Below, piece by piece: positions 55,504-64,000 of a stretch of DNA of 64,000 nt; position 1 is the stretch's first letter; every line of letters starts with the position of its first letter. The position numbers and the translations under genes are program-made. The notes under the pieces are model-generated. The model worked only from the letters and a program-made list of their open reading frames with translations. It had not been told where the DNA came from and ran no database searches. Source of the stretch: Candidatus Heimdallarchaeum aukensis (GTDB taxonomy: Archaea; Asgardarchaeota; Heimdallarchaeia; Heimdallarchaeales; Heimdallarchaeaceae); the NCBI GenBank assembly GCA_021513695.1, contig CP084166.1, positions 2,624,001 through 2,688,000 on the forward strand, read 5' to 3'.

Positions 55504-58440
55504 TTATTTTTTCTTGCGGAACAATTGTTGTTTTACTGGTTCTGGATTAATTGTTAGAGAAGAAACAATTATACCAAGTGTTAGAATAAATAATGCTGCA
55601 AAAGCCCCTCCAGTTCTGTAAGAGTCAGCTCTTCCGATTATTGAGAGGAACTCATCTTCTATTTGTTTAGCAAGGTTATCTGTGGAATATAGGATATCTT
55701 CGAGCCAGAATAAGTTTGCCATGTCTGCAGTAAGTTTTGGATAAGTTTGATGCCATGTTCTGTATTTATATTGAATGTCTTCAGTATCTTCTACAACATC
55801 TTCATCAAGGAATGGATAGTACTCAATATATTGTCCTGCATAAGTGTTGTATTGTACTCTATCTCTTCGTTCAAGAATTGTACCAGTTGTTGGGTCAGTG
55901 AAGATCTGTTGGAAGTGGAATTCATCACGTATAGAACCTGGGAAGGTGTGAGTGATATAAATATCGTCATTCTTCCAATCGGTACCATGAATTTGGTTCC
56001 ATCTTCCTACATGGACGAAACTCTCGTTTAGGTAGTCTGCATACTCTTGCCAGTATAAATCGTATTGATCGACTTGTAGGTAAGGTTGTTGTGTATCTGC
56101 ATAATAAATGTAAGCATCTCTACCATACATGATTGTTTTATCTCTGGCTGAATCAAATATAAATGGACGATAGAAGTACTCAACCCATCTTTGTGTAAAT
56201 CCTCTTTCTGTGTTTGGAGGTAGGACATCTAATCCATAAGTTTCACTAAATGGTTCAAACTGTGTAGTCTTCATTGGCCAATTGTTTAATTGAACAAAAG
56301 AAGCTTTATCCCAAATTTCAACGAATGTTCTTAATTCGTCTCTATGTAAGACATCACTGAATGAACCTGAAGAATAGGTTATGTGTATTAATCCTTTTGA
56401 ACCATCTGCAAGGTAAATGTTTTCACCAGAAGCATAAATATCGTATGCTTCTCCGTCACTATCATAAGTTGCTAAACTTGTTAAGGAATTGACGTTAGAT
56501 GCATCAACTACAATCAAACCATTTTCTCCAGCAGTGAGATATAGCAGATCGTTGTTTTGGTATAGGTTGAAGAATCCACCAGAAACACCAAAGTCATATG
56601 TTCCTATTTGAGTTAAGGTGTTTCCACTAATGGAATAAACAACAAGTCCTAAGGTGTCATCAAGAACATACAGAGTTGTTCCATCTAATAATAACTGAGT
56701 TGCTCCAGTAAGAGAAACGTTTGCTAATGATTCTAATGTAACTGCATCAAAAACTTCTATTCCTCGTCCCTGTTCAACAGCATAGGCTTTTGTTCCATCA
56801 GTTACAACAGCTGTAACAGGAGATTCAGTCTCTTTAAGTGTGTTTAGTGATATGTCTCCTCCATTAGTAGTTGCTTTAGCTAATCCATATTGACCCATAG
56901 CGATGAGCATAAAAGTCTTTGTTGGATTATATTCAAGGTCTAAAGCGTTTATATCTCCTCCATTGGTCCAAACTGTAATTTGGTCAATTTCTGTAAGATC
57001 AGACATATCTAATGAAACTATTCCTTTTTCTCCTGCTGCTACGTATGCAAAATCGCCATATAAACTAGTTTCAAAAGCGATGTCTCTGAAGAAATAACCT
57101 TGTAATCTGTATCCACCAATACCCAAAAACAAGGGGCTGGATGTGTTTACTATTCTAAATCCTCTATTTCCTTCAATAACATAAGCGAATTCGTCATTCA
57201 TTTCAACCTTATAACTTTGAGATTCTTCGAAGGTTGGTATGTTGGCTATTCCAATGATTTCATCAACTTTTGTTATATTATCTCTTCCTGTTTTAACAGC
57301 GTATAATAGGTCTGTTGAAGGATCAACTGAGTCAACTGCAAATGACTGATTAACTAAGAAAGGATATTTTTTTCCGCCGAGGAGTGGATCTTCAACTCCT
57401 GTAACCCATTCTAAAGCTGTTCTTTCACATATGTATGATATCTTGTTTTCATATAACCAGTTTAAAGCAGGTGTACCAGTAAGATATCTGATGTATGCAG
57501 CAAAAGATTGAGCTTGTTCTAGTTCCTCTGGTGTATCGATGTCATAAATTTCTGCTAACTTTTGAGTTACATTAATTGTGAGGATTGAGGGGTCATAGCT
57601 TAACCCTTGGACTAAATCAAGGAAGTACTTCATAGAACCGGCTTCTCCAGTGAATAGAGAATAATCATGACCATCTGCAGTAATTGCATTAAAGAGAATT
57701 TTGTAGGCTGTAGCGCTATCAAAGTTAATATCAGTGTGGTCAGGACGTGAGTTGATCCACATGTGAGGGCTATATTTGATACTATAAATTAGGTCGTTAG
57801 TTTGAGCATATGCCTTATTTAGCACAAGTTTAGCAATCTCACTGTTGTTGTATCCTAAACCTTCTAACTCGCTTCGAATCATAAATCCTGCAACATAAGC
57901 TTGTAAACCATATTCTGAACCATTACCAAAATTTTTCACATAATATGGCCAGAGGTAGTTATAATTGATGATTTTCTCATTACCTGTTAATGTTGAAAGT
58001 GTTTTATTTAAAGTGTATTGTTTCCGTTCGGTGTAAACAACATAATCATTTTCTTCACTATAATCAATTACAAATTTCTTCACTTCTAAGTCAAATACTA
58101 GTTTTCCTGGAATACCTATGTAAGTAATTGGAGTGTTCTTGTACAAGTATGCGTTTCTATCACTTATGTTGTAAAATTCTATATACGTATGAGCGTAATA
58201 ATTACTATCATCAGAGTATTTAGCAACATACATCCAATCAGAGTAATTGTCGCTTCCTCCTTCATAAGGATCAAGATCGTCTTCTGTAATCATACCATAC
58301 TCATTTAGCTTCTCTTCTATTTGATTATTGATTTTAATAGTTTGAATTGGTAACATTACGCCAACTGCGATAGCTGATCCAGAAGTTAAAATTAAAATAA
58401 ATATTCCTAACATTACACGGAATTTTTTCTGCATAGTCAT
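55504..58440 (-). CDS. LVIVD-repeat (beta-propeller) surface protein with an N-terminal signal/TM and a C-terminal TM anchor
   Basis: Repeated GLIVVDASN, GLVVYSISG, GIEVFDAVT, GFRIVNTSS and GIVSLDMSD motifs of the LVIVD repeat. Hydrophobic N-terminus (MLGIFILILTSGSAIAVGV), C-terminal GGAFAALFILTLGIIVSSLTI followed by basic residues. Many NxS/T sequons. Confidence 0.6.
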   Translation of the reverse strand: MTMQKKFRVMLGIFILILTSGSAIAVGVMLPIQTIKINNQIEEKLNEYGMITEDDLDPYEGGSDNYSDWMYVAKYSDDSNYYAHTYIEFYNISDRNAYLYKNTPITYIGIPGKLVFDLEVKKFVIDYSEENDYVVYTERKQYTLNKTLSTLTGNEKIINYNYLWPYYVKNFGNGSEYGLQAYVAGFMIRSELEGLGYNNSEIAKLVLNKAYAQTNDLIYSIKYSPHMWINSRPDHTDINFDSATAYKILFNAITADGHDYSLFTGEAGSMKYFLDLVQGLSYDPSILTINVTQKLAEIYDIDTPEELEQAQSFAAYIRYLTGTPALNWLYENKISYICERTALEWVTGVEDPLLGGKKYPFLVNQSFAVDSVDPSTDLLYAVKTGRDNITKVDEIIGIANIPTFEESQSYKVEMNDEFAYVIEGNRGFRIVNTSSPLFLGIGGYRLQGYFFRDIAFETSLYGDFAYVAAGEKGIVSLDMSDLTEIDQITVWTNGGDINALDLEYNPTKTFMLIAMGQYGLAKATTNGGDISLNTLKETESPVTAVVTDGTKAYAVEQGRGIEVFDAVTLESLANVSLTGATQLLLDGTTLYVLDDTLGLVVYSISGNTLTQIGTYDFGVSGGFFNLYQNNDLLYLTAGENGLIVVDASNVNSLTSLATYDSDGEAYDIYASGENIYLADGSKGLIHITYSSGSFSDVLHRDELRTFVEIWDKASFVQLNNWPMKTTQFEPFSETYGLDVLPPNTERGFTQRWVEYFYRPFIFDSARDKTIMYGRDAYIYYADTQQPYLQVDQYDLYWQEYADYLNESFVHVGRWNQIHGTDWKNDDIYITHTFPGSIRDEFHFQQIFTDPTTGTILERRDRVQYNTYAGQYIEYYPFLDEDVVEDTEDIQYKYRTWHQTYPKLTADMANLFWLEDILYSTDNLAKQIEDEFLSIIGRADSYRTGGAFAALFILTLGIIVSSLTINPEPVKQQLFRKKK

Positions 58441-58672
58441 TTTCCTCGCAACAATATCTGTTTATGCTTCCGTCTCTTATGTCTATTTAAATGTAATGAC
58501 ATAATCACTAGACATATTGGACTAGAGACATTATCAGTGCAACAGAGAAATAAACAATTATATATTTTGCGTATGTGTTCTTTTTAAGGAATCATATATC
58601 TAGAAGATTTTTATCCAAAAACAAGTTGATGAAAAAAAGTATGTAAAAAGAAGGTATGTATCCATAGAAAGA

Positions 58673-59938
58673 TTATCCACTTTTCTTCTCTTCTTCATCC
58701 TCTTTTGAGATGTTCTCTTCTATTAGATAGTATTCCTTCTCAAATAAACTATCACACGAAGATAAGATGGAAGCTCCAATAAGTTCGCCGTCAGAATTGT
58801 ACTCTTTGACGATTATATTGTTTAATATATTAAATGAATCAACAATTTCCTGGGGAATACTAACAAAAGAGAATATTCCTCTAATGATTGTTCCTCTTCT
58901 CTTATCACCGTTTATTGCAAAAAATACATCCTTATTTGAGTACTTTTGTCTAAAAACCTTATAATTTGCAACTGATAGACCTTCGTCTGTTGTTTGAATA
59001 CTAATAAAACCTCTTAAAGGAGGATTGTCGATTTCTATACTTGATGCTAAATTTTCAACTTTCAACAGAACTGTAAAATCATTAATTTGCTCATAAATGT
59101 CATAAGCAACCAAAGAACAAAGACCCTTTGCTTCCTGAAAAATATACAGAAAGTCTGACAAATCATAGGAATAAAAGTCATTCTTTGAGATAGAAGCTGT
59201 TGTAATATCAATTATTATATTCATTACTCTATCTCTAAATTTGTTTTTCAACTCAAGATAATCATTGGAAGGGTTGTTTTCTATTAATTTATTATGATCT
59301 AGTAGGATAAATGGAATTAAGGTATTTTCTAAATTTATTAAATATGAAATGAAACTCAAGAACGAAACTTCAGCATTTAAGTCCTGTTTTCTTAATGGCT
59401 TTTCAAGGATAACTATTGGAGTTTTTCCTTTCTTTTTAATGATGGGTAAGAGATCCATTAACAAACCAAACAGAAAACCATCATTTCCTGCGAAAATAAA
59501 GATAATTGAAGAATTTCCTGTAACATTTTCGATTTTCTGCAAGACCTCAAACTGATTTTCCCTAAACCACTTTTTTCCCAAAGAAAAAGTAGAATTTATG
59601 ATCTCTCTACTAGGTAATCGAATAGAATGATTCTTGTTTTCATATTTGTTCAATATCTCTTCATTAGCTAATAGTAGGGAATTGCATTTTTTTATTCTTC
59701 TTGTAAGAGAAGGATAGAATTCACAGCTTTCTTCTAAAAATAGAAACGCAAAGTCCTTTAGTTTTTCTTCTCCTTCAAAAAACAGGGTATCAGATAACTC
59801 TGAACCAAAAAAAGGTTTTTCATCATTTCTACTATCTGAAATTATTCCCTGAAAATCAAATTTGTATAAAGGATTGAATTTTTGTTTCCTTGTCCCTAGA
59901 ATTGTTTTTTTCCTTTTTAATATTCTTTTCAAACTCAT
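58673..59938 (-). CDS. Highly divergent FtsZ/tubulin-superfamily protein with a degenerate GTP-binding signature (possible pseudo-GTPase)
   Basis: IIFIFAGNDGFLFGLLMDLLPIIKKKGKTPIVILEKPL...TLIPFILLDHNKLI aligns residue-for-residue in spacing with FtsZ [38 protein letters not shown]...TLIVIPNDKLL. GNDGFLFG replaces the GGGTGTG motif. The downstream DFYSYDLSDFLYIF region resembles FtsZ NVDFADVKTVM. Confidence 0.4.
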   Translation of the reverse strand: MSLKRILKRKKTILGTRKQKFNPLYKFDFQGIISDSRNDEKPFFGSELSDTLFFEGEEKLKDFAFLFLEESCEFYPSLTRRIKKCNSLLLANEEILNKYENKNHSIRLPSREIINSTFSLGKKWFRENQFEVLQKIENVTGNSSIIFIFAGNDGFLFGLLMDLLPIIKKKGKTPIVILEKPLRKQDLNAEVSFLSFISYLINLENTLIPFILLDHNKLIENNPSNDYLELKNKFRDRVMNIIIDITTASISKNDFYSYDLSDFLYIFQEAKGLCSLVAYDIYEQINDFTVLLKVENLASSIEIDNPPLRGFISIQTTDEGLSVANYKVFRQKYSNKDVFFAINGDKRRGTIIRGIFSFVSIPQEIVDSFNILNNIIVKEYNSDGELIGASILSSCDSLFEKEYYLIEENISKEDEEEKKSG

Positions 59939-60007
59939 TTTGCAACACTTAACGAAACTTCATTTTATATTTTATTTATTGCTTTTTATTTCTATCGAAA
60001 AGCAATT

Positions 60008-61414
60008 TTAATGTTTTCCCGCAAGTACTTCATTGGTGTTGAATACTTGGATTGTATTAGTTTTTCTTGGTATGCCTAAATAGCTTCCTCCTACTAATAC
60101 TACAGTGTCATCATCCTTCAAATGTTCCTCATTAATTAATCGTGAAATACAAGTGTAAACTAGTTGATCATAATCTGTTTCATATGTGTGGAAAATAGGC
60201 TTCACTCCCCAATAGAGTTGTACTCTTCTTAATGTCCTCTTTTCGGGTGTAGAGGCAAATATTGGTAAGTGCAATCTATATTTTGACACCATTTGCGAAC
60301 TATAACCTGTACGAGTAAGAGCAATTATAGCTTTAGCAGAAAGATTCTGAGCAATATCGACAGCTGCTTTTCCTATAGATTCTTCTATGTTTTTAGCTTT
60401 ATACCTTGGAATAAAAGTGAGATCGCTTTTTTCTGCTTCTCTAATAATTTGATCCATTACGTTGATTACAGTAATAGGATGAATTCCTGTAGCAGTTTCA
60501 GCGGACAACATCACTGCATCAGCACCATCAAAAACAGCATGGGCAACATCACTAGCCTCAGCACGAGTTGGGATAGGTTCAATTGTCATTGATTCGAGCA
60601 TCTGTGTAGCAACGATCACTGGTTTTCCAAGTTCCATTCCCATTTGAATATATTGTTTTTGTAAAACTGGCACTCTCTCAGGGCCTATTTCAATTCCTAG
60701 GTCTCCTCTTGCAACCATTAATCCATCACAATTCTTCATGATGGACTTAACGTTATTCACTGCATCAATATGCTCAATCTTTGCAATTATGGGAATATAT
60801 TGAGATGTTGAGGATTTTATTATCTCTTTTATCTTCTTAATGTCTTTGACATCTCTTACAAAACTTATGAAAAGATAATCGACTTCTAAATCACAAGCCT
60901 TTTCAATATCCTTTATGTCTTTTTTAGTTGGCACATGTAAAGTTAAATTTGAATCAGGAACATTCACTCCTTTTCTTGTTGATATTGTTCCGCCATCTCT
61001 AACTACGCATTTAATTAAACTCCCATCAATTTCTAAAACCTCTAGTTTTACTAAACCATCATTAATAAAAATAGGTGAACCCACTTTCACTTCTTTGTAT
61101 AAATCTTTGTAATTAACTGAAAAGTAATTTTTTGTACTTATTATTGATTCATCATTGGTTATTGTTACCTTTTCACCAATTTCTAGTGAAACTGCCTCTT
61201 TAAATTTTCCAATACGTATTTTGGGACCAGCTATATCAATTGCTATTGCAATATTAGGACAATTTTCTCTAATTCTATTAAAAATTGTTTCATGTTCGTT
61301 GTGAGTTCCATGAGAGAAATTTAATCTAGCTACATTCATTCCAGCTTTTTCCATCTTTTTCAGCATTTCTGCAGAATCAGATGATGGCCCAATAGTGCAA
61401 ACAATTTTAGTCAT
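60008..61414 (-). CDS. pyk: Pyruvate kinase
   Basis: MTKIVCTIGPSSDS...NVARLNFSHGTHNEH and MVARGDLGIEI motifs. The ORF opens with TTG at 61420, the ATG is at 61412-61414. Confidence 0.85.
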   Translation of the reverse strand: MTKIVCTIGPSSDSAEMLKKMEKAGMNVARLNFSHGTHNEHETIFNRIRENCPNIAIAIDIAGPKIRIGKFKEAVSLEIGEKVTITNDESIISTKNYFSVNYKDLYKEVKVGSPIFINDGLVKLEVLEIDGSLIKCVVRDGGTISTRKGVNVPDSNLTLHVPTKKDIKDIEKACDLEVDYLFISFVRDVKDIKKIKEIIKSSTSQYIPIIAKIEHIDAVNNVKSIMKNCDGLMVARGDLGIEIGPERVPVLQKQYIQMGMELGKPVIVATQMLESMTIEPIPTRAEASDVAHAVFDGADAVMLSAETATGIHPITVINVMDQIIREAEKSDLTFIPRYKAKNIEESIGKAAVDIAQNLSAKAIIALTRTGYSSQMVSKYRLHLPIFASTPEKRTLRRVQLYWGVKPIFHTYETDYDQLVYTCISRLINEEHLKDDDTVVLVGGSYLGIPRKTNTIQVFNTNEVLAGKH

Positions 61415-61637
61415 TCTCAACTTTAATCGTCTAAGTATTCGTATTTTTACTTAAAAGATTATGCTTGTGTTCTTTCTCCAAATTTGAAAAAACAACCTTT
61501 TTTTGCAAGTGTAACTGTTTCAAAGAATTGATTTTCCTATCTAGAGGACCAATCAGTTATTTTTTTTTAAGAAATCCTAATTTGTTATTGTTTCTCTTGC
61601 GAAAGTTTAAAAATGTAAATTTGCTCTTTTCATTGAA

Positions 61638-62948
61638 ATGGAAGAAAATTCAAAAACTCTTGTTAGTGGGATTAAAGCAAATTTAGTATATCCAGAATCT
61701 AAAGTAAAACCAGTCTTTAATTTTGAAAATATGATAGTTGAACATTATAAACGATTTCCACGAACTGCAGTTTTAATCGAAAATCCAAAATATGCAAAAG
61801 CTCTAATGAACCCTCTAAAATCATTTTATCTAGTACCTATTGCCATTTTCAAAGTCAAATTTAATACTGTTCTCTCAATGAAATTTTGGAATTATATCGC
61901 TTTGTGGTTATACATCCTTATTGTTTCTATTCCTAACTCTGTTTTTATGTATATAACGTTTAGTAGCAACAAAATTTTGGGAGACATAACTTTTTCAGTT
62001 ATTATACCCATGTTGGTTTCATCCCTAGTAGCTCTTTGGTATTTGAAATTTACTCATGATGGTTTCTTTGGATTGATTATAGAGAAAAAAGTTGAATGGT
62101 TAGAAAAGCCTGTAAAAGAATATTATGATAAATATTATGATAAAAAATTTAGCTTAAATATTGTTTTAGTTGTTTTAAGTGTCTTAACATCATTAGGAGT
62201 GGGAATTCCTGTATTAATTTATGCTTCAAGTCAAGGTTTACAATCTGCAATTATATTTGGAGTTATAGGAATGATTTGTAATTTCGTAGTTTTTTATATT
62301 TTCTACTTATCTTTACAATATACTATATTAAACACCAAAATCTATTCTAAAGTATTAAACGCAATAAAAAGTAGAATTGATATCTATCTCAATGAGTATG
62401 GAACTTTGTTAAATAGTGAAAATTACGAAATTATTTGGGCTCTAGGAGATACCCCTGGAAGATCAATAAGGCAGCTTGAAAATATACCCGTGGCTGGAGT
62501 GTTATCTGCGTTAATAGTAACAATTGCCATGTTGATGGGAACAATTAATCAAGCAGTCCTTGGAGTAGTCAAAGGGAATATGCCAACAGTGAATGTATTC
62601 AATTCGCAAATGAGTCTTAACGCAATAATAGCTGCAATCTCCCTAGTTATAGCTATCATAATAGTACTAATTGTTGTTCTTCCATTGTATATCTTCAGTG
62701 GAAAAATGAAGAAATTCAAAATTAAAGCTTTAATAGAACTTGATAACTATATTTTTGCAAATGTAATGGAATTTGAACAACGCTATTCTGAACTTGCAAA
62801 GCAAGAAACAGTAACAATATTTGCTCTCAGAGAGTATATATCGGGTATGAGAACAATTCCTATTTCAGCAGCAAAGATTATCAAAAGTTTAACAGCTGTT
62901 GCAGTATGGTTTGTAAATGTCCGAAAAATAATTAGAGCGTTTAATTAA
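61638..62948 (+). CDS. Hypothetical polytopic membrane protein
   Basis: 436 aa with ~8 hydrophobic helices. No recognised motif. Confidence 0.4.
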   Translation: MEENSKTLVSGIKANLVYPESKVKPVFNFENMIVEHYKRFPRTAVLIENPKYAKALMNPLKSFYLVPIAIFKVKFNTVLSMKFWNYIALWLYILIVSIPNSVFMYITFSSNKILGDITFSVIIPMLVSSLVALWYLKFTHDGFFGLIIEKKVEWLEKPVKEYYDKYYDKKFSLNIVLVVLSVLTSLGVGIPVLIYASSQGLQSAIIFGVIGMICNFVVFYIFYLSLQYTILNTKIYSKVLNAIKSRIDIYLNEYGTLLNSENYEIIWALGDTPGRSIRQLENIPVAGVLSALIVTIAMLMGTINQAVLGVVKGNMPTVNVFNSQMSLNAIIAAISLVIAIIIVLIVVLPLYIFSGKMKKFKIKALIELDNYIFANVMEFEQRYSELAKQETVTIFALREYISGMRTIPISAAKIIKSLTAVAVWFVNVRKIIRAFN

Positions 62949-62958
62949 GTGAGGAAAA

Positions 62959-64000
62959 ATGTCGTTCTTAAAGAAACTTAGAAAAAAATCAATAGATATC
63001 GCAGTAATTGCTGTTGGTGACGCAGCTTGTATAATAGGTGCTAAATTTATCCAAAATTTAAAAGAAAATAAGATTAATGTCAAATCTCTGGCAGTGAACA
63101 CAAAGAACAACTTTGGTTCTAAGATTTCTGATCCTTATAATGACAAGTTTTGGTTTGCTGAGCAATATTCTTCTACAAATCGTAATTTAGAATTTGCAAG
63201 AAAGCTTTTAGAAGAAAGAAAAGAGGTTCTAACTGATAAATTGAGGAATGTTGTCTTTTATCGTTTAGATGATAAAAAACGTAAAGAGAAACTCGCTTTA
63301 CATCTTATAATTGCTAGTGGAGGAGGAACTGGTTCAGCAGGTTCAATGATAATAAGTAAAATAATCAAGGATATAACTGGCGAATCTCCAACAATAATAT
63401 TTATTGTTCCTGAAAAGCATGAACCTTCTATTGTTCAATATAACACAGCAACAGCTTTGTTCTATCTAGGATTTGATAGTCTAGGTCCTAATTGTCCTAC
63501 TATTCTTTTTGACAATGAAAAATTAATTTCAGTTGATGAAACTTTGGATATTAAAAAGGCATTGGACTATTGTAATAACTATCTAGCTGATACTCTCTCT
63601 ACTACTATTTTAGCAGCTCTGCAAGAATCATCTCATGAAGAATTTAATGCTGGTTTAAATGATTTCTTCAAATCTTTTAGTTCTGAAGCAAAAGGAATAG
63701 GTGTTATTATCTCTGTCGATAAAACTTTTGAATCGTTAGAAAAAGCACAAAATATTAGGTTTTCTGACATATTCTTCAAAGAATTAGAACTAACATCAAG
63801 TTTAACTGCAGACATTACTAAAGCAAGGTTGGGCTTCCTATCTATTATCGCTCCTCATTCTTATCAGACAACTTTTGAAACCAAAAAGATAGTAAAAAGA
63901 TTCGAAAAAGGGTCAATTAAAGTCTCATTAACAGCTTTAGAAGAGCCTATACTTTTAATACGCGGTGTAATAACGGGGTTGCATCCTGATTTCATTGAGA
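62959..64000 (+). CDS. FtsZ/tubulin-superfamily GTPase, divergent (intact T4 signature, atypical T1 loop). The C-terminus runs off the window. Not in the supplied ORF track.
   Basis: Own translation from the ATG at 62959 (SD GTGAGGA upstream) gives MSFLKKLRKKSIDIAVIAVGDAACIIGAKF...LALHLIIASGGGTGSAGSMIISKIIKDITGESPTIIFIVPEK...PTILFDNEKLIS. SGGGTGSAG matches the tubulin/FtsZ signature [SAG]GGTG[ST]G. Spacing to the NEKL element is as in FtsZ. The frame stays open to 64000. Confidence 0.6.
   Translation, partial: MSFLKKLRKKSIDIAVIAVGDAACIIGAKFIQNLKENKINVKSLAVNTKNNFGSKISDPYNDKFWFAEQYSSTNRNLEFARKLLEERKEVLTDKLRNVVFYRLDDKKRKEKLALHLIIASGGGTGSAGSMIISKIIKDITGESPTIIFIVPEKHEPSIVQYNTATALFYLGFDSLGPNCPTILFDNEKLISVDETLDIKKALDYCNNYLADTLSTTILAALQESSHEEFNAGLNDFFKSFSSEAKGIGVIISVDKTFESLEKAQNIRFSDIFFKELELTSSLTADITKARLGFLSIIAPHSYQTTFETKKIVKRFEKGSIKVSLTALEEPILLIRGVITGLHPDFIE

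Overview
By eye this is an AT-rich (roughly 30% GC) archaeal chromosomal window, densely coded on both strands. I found no rRNA, tRNA, CRISPR array, transposase or integrase. The gene content points to an Asgard-type (Lokiarchaeia-like) archaeon: archaeal class I LysRS, topoisomerase VI, archaeal-type 2-oxoacid:ferredoxin oxidoreductase, an MvhADG/HdrABC hydrogenase–heterodisulfide reductase module, a geranylgeranyl reductase, several Ras/Arf-like small GTPases, roadblock/longin-like domains and two divergent FtsZ/tubulin-family genes. The ORF track omits two edge-truncated genes that I added by translating the sequence myself: a GDPD-family phosphodiesterase at 1..619 (-) and an FtsZ/tubulin-like GTPase at 62959..64000 (+). 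The most striking element is a topoisomerase VI operon in which the B subunit is a single uninterrupted 4184-aa ORF (42811..55365, -). It consists of a recognisable Top6B GHKL-ATPase/transducer N-terminus, about 3,500 residues of tandem RpoA-alphaCTD/NusA-type helix-hairpin-helix-like repeats, and a Lys/Thr-rich tail encoded by three 45-bp direct repeats. A canonical top6A follows 9 nt downstream. Four other blocks stand out. One is a 12-kb, 13-gene translationally coupled cluster (2-oxoacid:Fd oxidoreductase, HdrA, MvhDGA, maturation protease, HdrCB, a fumarate-reductase-like FeS/flavoprotein pair). Another is a cell-envelope block with a 1404-aa sequon-rich FtsX-family surface protein, a possible GT-C membrane protein and two tandem processive GT2 synthases with QxxRW motifs. 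A third is a set of Asgard-style small-GTPase, roadblock and longin genes. The fourth is a pair of non-canonical FtsZ/tubulin paralogs, one with a degenerate GTP-binding signature. Every functional call comes from motif recognition by eye; no database search was run.
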